Source: an uncultured Actinomycetes bacterium
GTDB lineage: Bacteria > Actinomycetota > UBA4738 > HRBIN12
Reading direction: 5' to 3'
Length of the DNA stretch: 64,000 nucleotides
Assembly: GCA_963762075.1 (NCBI GenBank)
Contig: CAVXJC010000006.1
Span: 33,788 to 97,787 of the forward strand
The position numbers and the translations under genes are program-made. The notes under the pieces were generated by a model. It worked only from the letters and a program-made list of their open reading frames with translations. It was not told the DNA's origin and searched no databases. Positions 47,547 through 58,927 of this stretch are shown piece after piece. Position 1 is the first letter of the stretch. Each line of letters opens with the position of its first letter.

Positions 47547-47902
47547 CGAAGTACCCCCTTGCGCCAGGCGTACAGCAACCCCACGGCCAAGATCGCGATG
47601 AAGATGGTCATCTCCACGACCGCGGCGTATCCGAGGCCCTCGAACACCCTGGCCCAGGGGAACAGGAACACGCTTTCCACATCGAAGATCACGAACAGGA
47701 AGCCGTAGACGTAGTAACGGACGTGGCTCTGCGACCAGCCGTGACCCACCGGGTCGATGCCACATTCGTAGGTGGTGAGCTTCTCGAAGTTGGGCTTGCT
47801 GGGCGCCACGAGGTGCGCGGTGGCGAACGCAACGGCAACCAGCAACGCACCGGCGGCCACGACCGCCAGCACTACCCCGTACGACGCGTAGTAATCGCTC
47901 AT
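47537..47902 (-). CDS. nuoA: NADH-quinone oxidoreductase subunit A (partial-operon copy)
   Basis: Start at [25 protein letters not shown] motif. Confidence 0.8.
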   Translation of the reverse strand: MSDYYASYGVVLAVVAAGALLVAVAFATAHLVAPSKPNFEKLTTYECGIDPVGHGWSQSHVRYYVYGFLFVIFDVESVFLFPWARVFEGLGYAAVVEMTIFIAILAVGLLYAWRKGVLRWA

Positions 47903-47975
47903 GACAGTGAGAGGCCTTTCGAGCGCCCGTATCGTAGCAGCGCGCTCGGTTCGGTCCGAACGTGCGGCGAACGCG

Positions 47976-49004
47976 TCATGTGGCCTCAGCTCCACAACGT
48001 GCTGCCAGGAATCTCGCGAGCTGGGTGAGGGCATGACGGGAGGGTCCTTCGGGAAGCCGCTCGGCGAGTCCGACCGCCCGTCGTACCTCGTCGGTCACGG
48101 CGGCGCGGGCTGCATCGACCGAGCCCCCCGACCGCACGATCTCGAGCGCACGGTCGAGCATCTCTCCATGGGGCGAACCGTGCGAGAGGACTCGCGCGAG
48201 CTCCACACGGTGCTCATCGTGAGCGAGGGCGTGGAGGACCGGCAACGTGTACACACCTTCGCGCAGGTCCTGCCCCGGTTCCTTGCCGAGCTCCATCTGC
48301 GACGACGTGATGTCCATGATGTCGTCGGAGAGCTGGTAGGCCATGCCAAGCGCGTCGCCGAACTCTTCCAGCACATCGACGTGCTCTGGGTCGGCGTCGG
48401 AGAGCATGCCTCCGAGCCGGCACGACGTGGCGATCAACGAGGCGGTCTTTCGACGGATGATCTCGAGATAGTTGCCGGTCTCCTGCTCCACCTTGGCCGA
48501 GCTCTCCACCTCGCGGATCTGTCCGTCGCAGAGCACCGCGATCGTGCGGGCGAGCAGACGGCAGACCTCGGTGCCGAGGTCGGTCGAGATCTCCGATGCG
48601 CGGGCGAACAGATAGTCGCCCGTGAGGATCGCAACCGTGTTGTCCCACCGCATGTTCGCGCTCGGCGCGCCGCGGCGGGCATCGGCCTCATCGATCACGT
48701 CGTCGTGGTACAGGGTCGCGAGATGCACGAGCTCGATCGAGACGGAGCCCGGCACGAGCCGCGGGTCGGCCGGCTCGCCGAAGTAGCCGGCGAGCAGCAC
48801 GAGCATCGCGCGGAAACGCTTTCCGCCTGCGGAGATCAGGTACGACGACGTCTCGCTGAGCATGCCCGAGGCTTCTGCTCGCACCGACTTCTCGAGCGCC
48901 TCCTCGACCTGATCCAGGCGCGTTCGCACCTCGGATTCGAGCACGGCGTCGGGGGGCTCGAGGCCCGGGATCACACGGCGGCTCATCGGGTCGGCCCCCG
49001 CCAC
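47976..49004 (-). CDS. polyprenyl diphosphate synthase (trans-isoprenyl diphosphate synthase family)
   Basis: First Asp-rich motif LYHDDVIDEAD and second DDIMD. Lies between the two nuo operons. Confidence 0.85.
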   Translation of the reverse strand: MAGADPMSRRVIPGLEPPDAVLESEVRTRLDQVEEALEKSVRAEASGMLSETSSYLISAGGKRFRAMLVLLAGYFGEPADPRLVPGSVSIELVHLATLYHDDVIDEADARRGAPSANMRWDNTVAILTGDYLFARASEISTDLGTEVCRLLARTIAVLCDGQIREVESSAKVEQETGNYLEIIRRKTASLIATSCRLGGMLSDADPEHVDVLEEFGDALGMAYQLSDDIMDITSSQMELGKEPGQDLREGVYTLPVLHALAHDEHRVELARVLSHGSPHGEMLDRALEIVRSGGSVDAARAAVTDEVRRAVGLAERLPEGPSRHALTQLARFLAARCGAEAT

Positions 49005-49008
49005 GGAG

Positions 49009-50454
49009 TCACCACGTGAGGACTCCGGCTTCCTCGAGCAGCGGCACGATCACACTCGGCACGATACCCAGGGCGATGACCGCGACCGCTGGCACCGCGA
49101 GCACGAACTGTGGAAGCGGCGAGCCGTCGGCGATGTCGTCACCGTCCGGTTCGTGCATGGTCATGAGGGCGACGACGCGCAGATAGAAGAAGGCGCCCAC
49201 CACCGTCGCCAAGGTGCCGATGAGGACGAGCGGCCAGTATCCGCTGTTCGTGGCCGCGCCGAAGACCAGCACCTTCCCAGCGAACCCGGCGGTCGGAGGG
49301 ATGCCCGCGAGCGAGAGCAGGAACAGGGTGAGCAGCCCTGCCAGCACCGGCCGTCGACGCGCCAGGCCGCGGAATCGCTCGAACTGGGTCTGCTCGCCGA
49401 TGCCGCCGGAGATCAGCATCACGACGCCGAAGGCGCCGACCACGGCCACGCTGTACGAGATCAGGTAATAGAGCGATGCGGCGATGCCGGCTCGATCGGA
49501 CGAGACGAACGCCGTCAAGATGAACCCGGCCTGCGACACGCTCGAGTATGCAAGCATGCGCTTCACATCACGCTGAGCGATAGCGAGCACGCTCCCGAGG
49601 ACCATCGAGACAGCCGCAAGCACCGCGATCGCCGGTGCGAGGTCCCACTGCAACGCGCCGAAGGCGACGAAGAGCACCCGCATCATCGCGACGAACACCG
49701 CGACCTTGGTCGCGGCCGACATGAACGCGGTCACCGGGCTGGGGGCGCCCTGGTACACGTCGGGCGTCCACATGTGGAACGGCACCAGGCTGACCTTGAA
49801 CCCGAGACCCACCATGAGCAAGAGCGCGCCGACCAGGGCGAGCCCCTGGCTTCCGCTCGTGCCGGCGAGCGCCCGTGCCAGGCCTTGCACGCTCGTGGTC
49901 GCCGCCGCGCCGTAACTCATGGCCACGCCGTACAGCAGGAACGCCGAGGCGAACGCGCCGAGCAGGAAGTACTTCATGGCGGCCTCGGTTGGGCCTCGGC
50001 GAAACGTGAGCGCCGTGAGCACGTACAGGGCGAGGGAGAGCACCTCGACCGCGAGGAACACCACGATGAGATCGGCGGCGGCGACCAGCAGCGCCATGCC
50101 GCCGAGGGCGAAGAGGAGCAGCGCGTAGAACTCGTGACGCCGATGCTCGTCGCGTTCGAAGTAGTGGAACCCGAGGTAGGCGCCGTAGGCACCGATGCCG
50201 CAGAGCACCACGGTGGCGATCACCGCCAGGCGGTCGACGCTCGCCATGCCCTGGAGCACGGTCGTCGGCTCGCGGTTCCAGAGCCATGATGACGACCCGG
50301 CCGCGGCCGCGATCACGGCCAGCGTGAACAGCACGAACGGCGCCTGGTCGGCGCGCCGCGAGAAGGCCGCAGCGAGCAGCGCGACGAGTCCCCCGCCGAA
50401 CAGGATGAGCACGGGCAGGATCGCCCAGAGCTCGACGCGGGGCGGGTCGATCAC
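49009..50454 (-). CDS. nuoN: NADH-quinone oxidoreductase subunit N (complete-operon copy)
   Basis: GTG start with an AGGAG RBS, overlapping the nuoM TGA (GTGA). The upstream 400 aa of the listed ORF are Arg-rich antisense of nuoM. Confidence 0.85.
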   Translation of the reverse strand: MIDPPRVELWAILPVLILFGGGLVALLAAAFSRRADQAPFVLFTLAVIAAAAGSSSWLWNREPTTVLQGMASVDRLAVIATVVLCGIGAYGAYLGFHYFERDEHRRHEFYALLLFALGGMALLVAAADLIVVFLAVEVLSLALYVLTALTFRRGPTEAAMKYFLLGAFASAFLLYGVAMSYGAAATTSVQGLARALAGTSGSQGLALVGALLLMVGLGFKVSLVPFHMWTPDVYQGAPSPVTAFMSAATKVAVFVAMMRVLFVAFGALQWDLAPAIAVLAAVSMVLGSVLAIAQRDVKRMLAYSSVSQAGFILTAFVSSDRAGIAASLYYLISYSVAVVGAFGVVMLISGGIGEQTQFERFRGLARRRPVLAGLLTLFLLSLAGIPPTAGFAGKVLVFGAATNSGYWPLVLIGTLATVVGAFFYLRVVALMTMHEPDGDDIADGSPLPQFVLAVPAVAVIALGIVPSVIVPLLEEAGVLTW

Positions 50455-51971
50455 GGCGACTCCTGGGCGCGGTCGAGGGCGGCGATCTCGGAAGACGAAA
50501 GGTCGCGCATGAGCCGATGCGACACGTCTTCCGCCGTCGGACGAAGCCGTTCGAGCACCGGCGCCGGGTGCAGGCCGATCACCAACATGGCGACGACGAC
50601 CGGGGCAACGATCGCGCCTTCGCGCCACGAGAGGTCCGGCAACGAGCTCCACCGCTGCTTCAGCGGGCCCTGGAACGCACGCTGATAGGACCAGAGCATG
50701 TAGATCGCGCTCAGGATCACACCGACGATCGCGATCGACGCGAGCGCCCGGTCGACCGAGAACGTGCCCAGCAGCACCAGGAACTCGCCGACGAAGTTGT
50801 TCAGCCCGGGCAACCCGATCGACGAGAGCATCGCGACCACGTAGGCGCCGGCGAGCCATGGGGTGACCTGGACGATGCCGCCGAGCTCGGCGATCTCGCG
50901 CGTGTGCGTGCGCTCGTACAACATGCCGAAGACGAGGAAGAGCATGCCGGTCGACAGGCCGTGGTTCACCATCTGTATCACCGCGCCATCGATCGCCTCG
51001 GCCGAGAACGCGAAGATGCCGAGCACGATCAGGCCCATATGGCTCACCGACGAATACGCGATCAGTCGCTTGAAGTCGGTCTGCATCATCGCGACGATCG
51101 CGCCGTAGATGATGCCGATCACCGCGAGCACCATGATCGCGTCCGCGAAGTAGCGAGAGGCCTCTGGGAACAGGTCGAGGTTGAAGCGGAGCATGCCGTA
51201 TGGACCCGTTTTCAGAAGGATCGCCGCGAGCACGATCGAGCCCTTCGTCGGCGCCTCGGTGTGAGCGTCGGGAAGCCACGTGTGCAGGGGCCACACCGGC
51301 ACCTTCACCGCGAAACCGATGAAGAACGCGAGGAACAACCATCGGCCCTCTCCCGTCGTGAGCTGGAGCTGCTCGAGGGCGGTGAGGTCGAACGTCGCCC
51401 GGCCGAGCTGGTCCCCGGCCTGCACGTACAGATACAGGATGCCGACGAGCAGGAACGCCGAGCCGAACATGGTGTACAGGAGGAATTTCGTGGCGGCGTA
51501 GACGCGCCGCTTCGAGCCCCACACACCGATGATGTAGTACATCGGAAAGAGCAGTGCCTCGAAGAAGAGGAAGAACAACAACAGGTCCAGCGACAGGAAC
51601 GCCCCGATGATCACTGTCTCGAGGAACAGCGACATCGCCATGAACCGGCGCACCTGGTGATCGACCTTCCACGAGGCCGCGATGGCGATCGGGAACATGA
51701 ACGTCGTGACCATGACGAGCCAGATGGAGAAGCCGTCGACACCGACGAACCAGGACAGGCCGACCGACTCGACCCAGGGATGCTTCGAGACCATCTGCAG
51801 GCCCGCCTCGCCCGTCTCGAAGTTCGCCAACATGCCGACCGAGACGACGAACGCGACGAGGGTTGCCCCGAGTCCGACCCAGCGCGCGGCGTCGTCGGGG
51901 ATCGAACGCCAGAGCGCGAGCGCCGGCAACCCCACGAGGGGAGCCACGATCACCAGGGTGAGCCAGGGCAT
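50451..51971 (-). CDS. nuoM: NADH-quinone oxidoreductase subunit M (complete-operon copy)
   Basis: Start at MPWLTLVIVAPLVGLPALALW. The GTG two codons upstream is an alternative. WLPDAH motif. Confidence 0.85.
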   Translation of the reverse strand: MPWLTLVIVAPLVGLPALALWRSIPDDAARWVGLGATLVAFVVSVGMLANFETGEAGLQMVSKHPWVESVGLSWFVGVDGFSIWLVMVTTFMFPIAIAASWKVDHQVRRFMAMSLFLETVIIGAFLSLDLLLFFLFFEALLFPMYYIIGVWGSKRRVYAATKFLLYTMFGSAFLLVGILYLYVQAGDQLGRATFDLTALEQLQLTTGEGRWLFLAFFIGFAVKVPVWPLHTWLPDAHTEAPTKGSIVLAAILLKTGPYGMLRFNLDLFPEASRYFADAIMVLAVIGIIYGAIVAMMQTDFKRLIAYSSVSHMGLIVLGIFAFSAEAIDGAVIQMVNHGLSTGMLFLVFGMLYERTHTREIAELGGIVQVTPWLAGAYVVAMLSSIGLPGLNNFVGEFLVLLGTFSVDRALASIAIVGVILSAIYMLWSYQRAFQGPLKQRWSSLPDLSWREGAIVAPVVVAMLVIGLHPAPVLERLRPTAEDVSHRLMRDLSSSEIAALDRAQESP

Positions 51972-51982
51972 GGCATCCACGG

Positions 51983-53935
51983 CTAGATCCTCACCGCCGC
52001 GTACAACAACAGGGCCGCGCCTCCGGCCGTGAACGAGAGCGCGTACCGGCGGGCCTTCCCCGACTGCCACACGGGGGCGAGGCCCGAGGCCCAGGTCGCG
52101 AGCCTTCCCACACCGTTGACAGCACCGTCGACCACCGTCCGGTCGAACCATGCGAGCGCCGAGGCGCCACGCAATCCGGCGGCGCCGACGAGCCATCCGT
52201 AGAGGGCGTCGACGTAGAACGCGTTGCCCAGCGCCGAAGACATGCCGGGTTCCCGTTCGGGGAACGAGACCCATCGATCGGCGTTGGCCGGGCGGTACAG
52301 CAGCCAGGCGATGCCGATGCCGGAGAGCGTCACGATCACCGAGATGGCGATCAAAGCGATGGTCGAGGGTCCTGCATGTCCCTCTTCGATATGGCCGAGC
52401 GTTGGCTCGAGGAAGGTCGCCAGACGCCCTTCGGGTGAGGAGGCCAGCACGATGCCGGCGAGCAGGCCGCCGGTTGCAAGCACCACGAGCGGCGCCCGCA
52501 TCAGCGGCGAGGCTTCGTGCGCGCGGCCCTCGTACCGGCGTTCACCCATGAACGCTTGGAAGAACAACCGGGCGATGTACCAGGCCGAGATCAAGGCAGC
52601 GAGCGAGCCGAGCAGGTATGCCCAGACGACGCCGTCGTGGCTCGCGAGCTCGAGGATCGCGTCCTTGGTGAAGAAACCGCTGAACGGCGGCAGTCCCGAG
52701 AGCGATATGGCCCCGGCCGCGAAGAGCGCTGCGGTCCACGGCATGTCGAGGCGCACGCCGCCGAGACGCCGCACGTCGACCTCGTCGTGCAGCCCGTGCA
52801 TGACGTTTCCCGACGCGAGGAAGAGCAGAGCCTTGTAGCAGGCGTGGGCAACGAGCAGCGAGATCGCGACGGAATAGAACCCCAGCCCGGCGGCCAAGAA
52901 CATGAACCCGAGCTGCGACATCGTCGAGTAGGCAAGCGCCCGCTTCATGTCGTACTGACCGATCGAGGCGAGGCCGCCGTAGAGAGCTCCGGCGAGGCCC
53001 ACGATCGCGACCACGGTGAGCGCGACGTCGGAGGCCTCGAAGAGAGCGTGCGAGCGCACCACGAGGTACACACCCGCGGTCACCATGGTCGCCGCGTGGA
53101 TGAGGGCCGACACCGGTGTCGGACCGGCCATGGCGTCGGGCAACCAGACGTGCAACGGAAGTTGTGCCGACTTCCCCACGGCGCCTCCGAGCAGCAGCAG
53201 CGAGATGGCAGTCGCGGTGCCGGTCGCGATCTCGGGCAGCGACCCATCGTGACCGAGCACCGTGTCGAAATCGAACGAGCCGAAGTGCATGAACATCACG
53301 AAGAGCCCGAGCATCAAAGCGACGTCGCCGATGCGAGTGGTGATGAAGGCTTTCTTCGCGGCGCTCGCCGCCTCGGGGCGGTCCGACCAGAACCCGATCA
53401 ACAGATAGGAGCAGAGCCCGACGCCTTCCCAGCCGAGGTAGAGCAGCACGAAGTCGTTCGCGAGCACCAGCGCGAGCATGAACGCGCAGAACAGGTTGGT
53501 GTAGCCGAAGAATCGCCCGGGACGCGCGTCGTGCTCCATGTAGCCGATCGCATACAGGTGGATGAGCGAGCCGACGCCGGTGACGATCATCGCCATGGTG
53601 ATCGAGAGCGGGTCGACGCGCAGATCGAGCGAGACGGTGGTCGCGCCGGCACGGATCCACTCGGCCACCGTGACGACCTGGATGCGCTCCTCAGCCGGAA
53701 GCGACAGGAGTTGCAACAGAGCGCCGAGGGCGACGACGAACGACGCGGCCATTGCGGCGGTTGCGAGCCATCCTGCTCCTTGGCCGGCTCCTTGGCCGGC
53801 TCCTTGGCCAGACCCGTGGCCCGTTCGTTGGCCGGATCCTTCACCTTCGGCTCGCCCGAGCCGCTCGCCAGCGAGCATGTTCACGGCCGCCGCCACGAGT
53901 GGGATGACGACGGCGAGCCAGATGACGTCGATCAT
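51983..53935 (-). CDS. nuoL: NADH-quinone oxidoreductase subunit L (complete-operon copy) with Gly-rich low-complexity insertion
   Basis: [17 protein letters not shown]... ATGA overlap with nuoK. Contains a [13 protein letters not shown] insertion. Confidence 0.85.
   Translation of the reverse strand: MIDVIWLAVVIPLVAAAVNMLAGERLGRAEGEGSGQRTGHGSGQGAGQGAGQGAGWLATAAMAASFVVALGALLQLLSLPAEERIQVVTVAEWIRAGATTVSLDLRVDPLSITMAMIVTGVGSLIHLYAIGYMEHDARPGRFFGYTNLFCAFMLALVLANDFVLLYLGWEGVGLCSYLLIGFWSDRPEAASAAKKAFITTRIGDVALMLGLFVMFMHFGSFDFDTVLGHDGSLPEIATGTATAISLLLLGGAVGKSAQLPLHVWLPDAMAGPTPVSALIHAATMVTAGVYLVVRSHALFEASDVALTVVAIVGLAGALYGGLASIGQYDMKRALAYSTMSQLGFMFLAAGLGFYSVAISLLVAHACYKALLFLASGNVMHGLHDEVDVRRLGGVRLDMPWTAALFAAGAISLSGLPPFSGFFTKDAILELASHDGVVWAYLLGSLAALISAWYIARLFFQAFMGERRYEGRAHEASPLMRAPLVVLATGGLLAGIVLASSPEGRLATFLEPTLGHIEEGHAGPSTIALIAISVIVTLSGIGIAWLLYRPANADRWVSFPEREPGMSSALGNAFYVDALYGWLVGAAGLRGASALAWFDRTVVDGAVNGVGRLATWASGLAPVWQSGKARRYALSFTAGGAALLLYAAVRI
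53777..53812. repeat. 12-nt tandem repeat x3 (ctccttggccgg) inside nuoL, encoding [12 protein letters not shown]
   Basis: Direct repeat seen in sequence at 53777-53812. In-frame within the nuoL N-terminal loop. Confidence 0.7.
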
Positions 53936-54237
53936 CCGCGTAGCACGCTCGCTCGGTCGACGTCGGTGGTCGAGGTGCGCCGAAAGACCGCCACGATGAT
54001 GGCGAGACCGACCACTACTTCGGCGGCCGCCACCACCATGGAGAAGAAGGCCAGGATCTGTCCGTCGAGCTCGAGGTGCATGCGCGAGAACGCCACGAGC
54101 GTGAGGTTCACTGCGTTGAGCTGCAGCTCGACACCCATGAAGATGCGCAGCGCGTTCGGCCGGGTGAGGACCGCCGCCGAACCGACCGCGAACAAGATCG
54201 CGGAGAGCACCAGGAAGTAGGCGATCGGCGTCCTCAC
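53932..54237 (-). CDS. nuoK: NADH-quinone oxidoreductase subunit K (complete-operon copy)
   Basis: 101 aa with the canonical NuoK sequence. ATGA overlap with nuoJ. Confidence 0.85.
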   Translation of the reverse strand: MRTPIAYFLVLSAILFAVGSAAVLTRPNALRIFMGVELQLNAVNLTLVAFSRMHLELDGQILAFFSMVVAAAEVVVGLAIIVAVFRRTSTTDVDRASVLRG

Positions 54238-54785
54238 CGCGTCGCCTCGATCTCGCGCTGGGTGAGCACCTTCGAGCGGCGCAGCGCGAGAACCATCGCG
54301 GCCACCGCGGCGATGATCAGCAGGATCGAAGTCACCTCGAACGGGAAGAAGTAATCGCGGAAGAGCACGTCGGCGAGCGCTGACGGATTCCCGCCCGGGT
54401 TCACCGTGTCGAACCCGTCGGGTGCCCTGGTTGCGAACCCGACCCCCGCTCTGATGGCGGTTGCGAGCTCCGCCACGATCGCAAGGCCGAAGATCACGGC
54501 GGTCGTGCGCTGGCCGAACAACCGCTCACCCGGCAACGCGCCTTGGTCGACGCCGAGCAGCATGATCACGAACAAGAACAGGACCATGATCGCGCCCGCG
54601 TACACGACGATCTGCACGGCGAAGAGGAACGGTGCGTCGAGCAGCAGGTACATCACGGCGATCGTGAAGAAATTCACCACGAGGAAGAGAGCCGCGTGCA
54701 CGGCGCTTCGTACGACGATCATGCCGACGCCGGTCGCGACCGACAGCGGCGCGAAGACCCAGAACACGACGTTGTCGAGAGGCAC
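54234..54785 (-). CDS. nuoJ: NADH-quinone oxidoreductase subunit J (complete-operon copy)
   Basis: [37 protein letters not shown]... Confidence 0.85.
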   Translation of the reverse strand: MPLDNVVFWVFAPLSVATGVGMIVVRSAVHAALFLVVNFFTIAVMYLLLDAPFLFAVQIVVYAGAIMVLFLFVIMLLGVDQGALPGERLFGQRTTAVIFGLAIVAELATAIRAGVGFATRAPDGFDTVNPGGNPSALADVLFRDYFFPFEVTSILLIIAAVAAMVLALRRSKVLTQREIEATR

Positions 54786-54792
54786 CGGTTCC

Positions 54793-55347
54793 CTAACCCT
54801 CCCGGTCCACCGGGTCGGTACCGAGAGGCAGCGGCGGCTCGAGCAGCTGCTCCTTCGTCCAGATCGCCTCTTCTCGGCTCGTGAACGCCATCTCGTAATG
54901 GCTCGTCAGTGTGAGCGCTCTGGTCGGACACGCCTCGACGCAGAGGCCGCACATGATGCAGCGCAGGTAGTTGATCTGGTAGTCCTTCGCGTACCGCTCC
55001 CCGGGACTCACCGGGTGCTCGGGATCGTTGTCGGCGCCCTCCACCCAGATGGCGTCTGCCGGGCACGCGAACGCGCAGAGTTCGCACCCGATGCACTTCT
55101 CGAGGCCGTCGTCGTGCTTGTTCAGCAGGTGTCGCCCGATATGCGAACGCTCGGGGATCGGCGCGATCTCCTTGGGGTACTGCTCGGTGTTATCGGCGCG
55201 GAAGGTCTGCTTGAACACGGTCGCCATGCCCTTGCCGATCGCAAGTGCGGCCTCCCACGCTCCCTGATCGGCTGGTGGGCCGGGTTCCGTGTCGTCTTGG
55301 AGCCGGCGATCGTGACCCTCGTCGGTCGTCCGTGCGTCGTCGCTCAC
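54793..55347 (-). CDS. nuoI: NADH-quinone oxidoreductase subunit I (complete-operon copy)
   Basis: GTG start overlapping the nuoH TGA (GTGA). No other start codon lies between it and the ATG of MATVFKQ. Two 4Fe-4S motifs [12 protein letters not shown] and [12 protein letters not shown]. Confidence 0.8.
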   Translation of the reverse strand: MSDDARTTDEGHDRRLQDDTEPGPPADQGAWEAALAIGKGMATVFKQTFRADNTEQYPKEIAPIPERSHIGRHLLNKHDDGLEKCIGCELCAFACPADAIWVEGADNDPEHPVSPGERYAKDYQINYLRCIMCGLCVEACPTRALTLTSHYEMAFTSREEAIWTKEQLLEPPLPLGTDPVDREG

Positions 55348-56477
55348 GCGCGCACCTCCTGGTGCTCGGGTGCGGGGGACCTCGAGAAGAGGGGGGCGAT
55401 CAAGGTCGCAAGGGCGGCTGCCCCGACGATCACCGCGGCGGCAACGTAACGCCCGCGGCTCCCGTACTCCTGCGGCATCACCACGACGACGCCGGTGATC
55501 ATCACCCAGATGAGCCCGAATGGGATCAAGATCTTCCAACCGAAGTTCATGAGCCGGTCGTAGCGCATGCGCGGAAGGGTGGCGCGCACCAAGATCAAGA
55601 GGTAGATGACCGCGGTGACCTTCGCGATGAACCAGAGCAGCGGACCGATCCAGGCCAGCGCTCCTTCGAAGGGCCAGTACCCGCGCCAGCCCCCGAGGAA
55701 GAGCGTCACGGCCACCGCGGCGACGGTGACGGTGCTCACGTACTCGCCCAAATAGAACATCGCGAACTTGATGCCCGAGTACTCGGTGTGGAACCCGGCG
55801 ACGAGCTCCGATTCGGCCTCGGCGAGATCGAACGGAGGACGGTTGGTCTCGGCGATCGCCCCGATGAGGAAGACCATGAATGCGGGGAACTGTGGCACCA
55901 CGTTCCAGATGGTGTCTTGTGCCGCGACGAGCTCGCTCATGCGCAGGGTGCCGCTGTACATCAGCACCGCGACGAGGGCCAGACCCATGCCGACCTCGTA
56001 GGAGATCATCTGTGCACTCGATCGCACGGCGCCGAGCAACGGGTAGTTCGAGCCGCTCGACCACCCCGCGAGCACCACGCCGTAGACCGAGAGCGACGTC
56101 ATGGCGAGAACCCACAGGATGCCGATGTTCAGGTCGGCGAGCTGGAAGGGGATCTCGCGGCCGAACAGTGTCACGTCGGTGCCGAACGGGATCACCGAGA
56201 ACGCGAGGAAGCCGGGGAACATCGCGAGGATCGGTGCGATGGCGTACACCGGGCGGTCGGCGGCGGTCGGCGTGATGCCCTCCTTGAAGAAGAGCTTGAT
56301 GCCGTCCGCGAGCGTGATCAGCATGCCGCGGGGACCGGCGCGAACCGGCCCGATGCGTGTCTGCATGTCGGCGATCACCTTGCGCTCCATCCAGATGTAG
56401 AGCATCACTGCGATCAGCAACGCGAAGAAGACGATCACGACCCGCACCACGAGGATCGCCCAGTCGACCCAGTCCAT
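55344..56477 (-). CDS. nuoH: NADH-quinone oxidoreductase subunit H (complete-operon copy)
   Basis: ...[18 protein letters not shown] NuoH signature. TGATG overlap with nuoG. Confidence 0.85.
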   Translation of the reverse strand: MDWVDWAILVVRVVIVFFALLIAVMLYIWMERKVIADMQTRIGPVRAGPRGMLITLADGIKLFFKEGITPTAADRPVYAIAPILAMFPGFLAFSVIPFGTDVTLFGREIPFQLADLNIGILWVLAMTSLSVYGVVLAGWSSGSNYPLLGAVRSSAQMISYEVGMGLALVAVLMYSGTLRMSELVAAQDTIWNVVPQFPAFMVFLIGAIAETNRPPFDLAEAESELVAGFHTEYSGIKFAMFYLGEYVSTVTVAAVAVTLFLGGWRGYWPFEGALAWIGPLLWFIAKVTAVIYLLILVRATLPRMRYDRLMNFGWKILIPFGLIWVMITGVVVVMPQEYGSRGRYVAAAVIVGAAALATLIAPLFSRSPAPEHQEVRA

Positions 56478-58927
56478 CAGCCGGCACCCCCCGCGGCGAT
56501 GCTCGCGGGCTGCAGTGCAGGCTCGTGCTCGGTCCCGAGATCGTCTGCAGCGGGGTCGCCGACCGCGGTCAGCTCCGCCCGGGCGGTCATGCTCCCCGAC
56601 AGCAAGGTGTTCGCGGCGAGCCCCGGCTGGTTGAACGGCACGAACAGGGTGCCTGTCGCGACATGCTCGGTGGCCCGGACCGCGAGCTCTGCCTCGCCCG
56701 CCTCGGTGCGTACGACGGCCCGACCACCCTCGGCGAGGCCGAGGCGCTCGGCGTCGGCGGTGTGCACCTCGATGAAAGCCTCCTCCTCGAGGGCCGCTTT
56801 CAGCTCGTCGGCGCTTTCGGACAGCCGTCCCTCATCGACGAGCAGCGGGTAGGTGAACAGCATGAGCCGCTCGTCGCCGGCATCGCCGATGGTCGGGTTT
56901 GCGTCCCCGACCGGCTCGGGCGCGCCGACCTCGCCGGTCGTCACGCTCCCCTCGCGCGCCCCCAAGAGCCGCCCCATCTCCTCGTGCAGCTCCTCGAGCG
57001 TCTCGAACCCGAGGTCTCCGCCGCACGCGAGCGCCATGCTCGCGAAGATCTCCCAGTCGGCGAGGCTGATGCCGTCGCGTCCGCGTATCGCGCGTAGCCG
57101 TTGGCCGCGGCCCTCCCAGGTCGTGACGTGCCCTTCCTTCTCGAGGAACGCGGTCGCCGGCAAGAACGCGTCCGCGTAGCGCTCGAGCGAGCCGAGCTCG
57201 AGCGACTGCACGACCTTGACCGGCACGTTGTCGAGGGCCCGACGCACGAGCGCGGCGTCGGGGAGGTCGCGCAACGGGTCGATACCGACCAGGAAGAGCA
57301 CATCGATCTCACGATCAGCGCACGCCTGCACGATGCCCATCGTGTCGCGCCCTGGCTCCCGGTTCATCAGCGGACCCCACACCTGCTCGATCGCGTCGAC
57401 CTCCCGCATCGATCGCCCGCCGGGTAGCAGCGCCGGATGCACGCCGGCGATGAGCGCCCCGCGGTCGTTCGCGCGTCGCGTCACGTACTGGAACCTTGCG
57501 CCGACGGCGGTGGCCGCCTCGAGCGCGGCATCGGCAACCCCCGGACGTTCCCCCGCGAGCACGATCGCGTTCTCCCCGGCCTCACGCAGCGCAGCGAGCG
57601 CCGTGTCGAGCGTCGCGTCGACGCTCCCGGCGAGCAGGCGCCCCTCGTCACCGGGTGCGCACAGCACGTGGGTCGCCACGTCGTGCAAACGGGTGCGCCT
57701 CGGATGCAGCACCCAGATGCGTGCGCCGCGACGAGCTGCCTTTCGCAGTCGCAGGTGCAGGATCGGGACTTCCTGCTCCGCGTCGAGACCGGCAACCAGG
57801 ATCGCACCCGCTCGCTCGACGTCCTTGTAGGTGACAGCCATCGGATCCACGGCCGCGTGGCGCTCCGCGACGGGCGCGCCGTCGCCGCCGCGCCGGTGAT
57901 CGAGGTCGTTGGTGCGGAACACGGTGCGGGCAAGCTTCGACAAGGCGAAGTAGTCCTCATCCATCAGGCGGCCGCCGGTGAGGATCGCGACGCGCTTGCC
58001 GTCGGTCCACTCGGCCACGCGCGTGAGCACCTCGCCGAACGAGGCCGCCTCGAGCCCGTGATCGCGGATCAGGGGCGTCGTGATGCGATCGGCTGCGTCG
58101 GCGAACCGGAAGCCGTACCGCCCTTTGTCGCAGAGCCACGCGTCGTTCACCTCGTAGTTGTCGCGCGCGAGCTGACGCACGACCTCGCCTCGGCGCATGT
58201 CGAGCTTGATGTTGCAACCAGCGCTGCAGTGCGGGCACACGGTGTCGACCGAGGTGAGGTCGAACGGGCGCGCGACGAACCGATAGGGCGTCGATGTCAA
58301 TGCGCCGACCGGGCAGATCTGCACCGTGTTGCCGCTGAACGGCGAGCGGAAATCCTCGCCCGGCGCGATCGACACCTGCTCGGCCGCCCCCCGGGCGAAC
58401 AGCTCGATGAACCGATCGCCCGAGATCTGGTCGCAGAAGCGCGTGCACCGCGCGCAGAGCACGCATCGCTCGCGGTCGAGGTTCACCAGTGGCGAGAGCG
58501 GCAAGGGCTTCGGGAAGACCCGCTTGGCTTCACGGTATCGGCTCTCCCCCGGCCCGAACGCCAGCGCTTGATCCTGAAGCGGGCACTCGCCGCCGCGATC
58601 GCAGATCGGGCAGTCGAGCGGATGGTTCAGCAGCAGGAACTCGAGGTTCGCCACCTGTGCGTCGTGCACGGCGTCGCTGGTGTTCTGCGTGCTGACGACC
58701 ATGCCTTCGGTCACCGTCGTGGTGCACGAGGTGAGGAGCTTTCGCTGCCCCTCGACCTCGACGTAGCACTGGCGGCAGGCGCCCACGGGCTCGAGCAACG
58801 GGTGGTCGCAGAACCGCGGGATCTCGACACCCACCTGTTCGGCAGCCCTGATGATCAACGTTCCTGCAGGGACGGTGACCTCCTTGCCGTCCACCGTCAG
58901 GTTGACTCCCTGCTCGGGAGGGTTCAT
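56477..58927 (-). CDS. nuoG: NADH-quinone oxidoreductase subunit G
   Basis: Start at [17 protein letters not shown] overlapping the nuoF TGA (ATGA). 2Fe-2S and 4Fe-4S Cys clusters plus the molybdopterin-like domain. Confidence 0.85.
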   Translation of the reverse strand: MNPPEQGVNLTVDGKEVTVPAGTLIIRAAEQVGVEIPRFCDHPLLEPVGACRQCYVEVEGQRKLLTSCTTTVTEGMVVSTQNTSDAVHDAQVANLEFLLLNHPLDCPICDRGGECPLQDQALAFGPGESRYREAKRVFPKPLPLSPLVNLDRERCVLCARCTRFCDQISGDRFIELFARGAAEQVSIAPGEDFRSPFSGNTVQICPVGALTSTPYRFVARPFDLTSVDTVCPHCSAGCNIKLDMRRGEVVRQLARDNYEVNDAWLCDKGRYGFRFADAADRITTPLIRDHGLEAASFGEVLTRVAEWTDGKRVAILTGGRLMDEDYFALSKLARTVFRTNDLDHRRGGDGAPVAERHAAVDPMAVTYKDVERAGAILVAGLDAEQEVPILHLRLRKAARRGARIWVLHPRRTRLHDVATHVLCAPGDEGRLLAGSVDATLDTALAALREAGENAIVLAGERPGVADAALEAATAVGARFQYVTRRANDRGALIAGVHPALLPGGRSMREVDAIEQVWGPLMNREPGRDTMGIVQACADREIDVLFLVGIDPLRDLPDAALVRRALDNVPVKVVQSLELGSLERYADAFLPATAFLEKEGHVTTWEGRGQRLRAIRGRDGISLADWEIFASMALACGGDLGFETLEELHEEMGRLLGAREGSVTTGEVGAPEPVGDANPTIGDAGDERLMLFTYPLLVDEGRLSESADELKAALEEEAFIEVHTADAERLGLAEGGRAVVRTEAGEAELAVRATEHVATGTLFVPFNQPGLAANTLLSGSMTARAELTAVGDPAADDLGTEHEPALQPASIAAGGAG

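Noticed and set aside
49009-51672. Treating the whole 887-aa ORF as one protein (likewise the 776-aa nuoL ORF at 42133-44463 and the 564-aa nuoI ORF at 54793-56487)
   Set aside because: The N-terminal extensions are Arg-rich and overlap the upstream nuo gene in another frame. Conserved N-termini and GTGA/ATGA coupling define much shorter genes.
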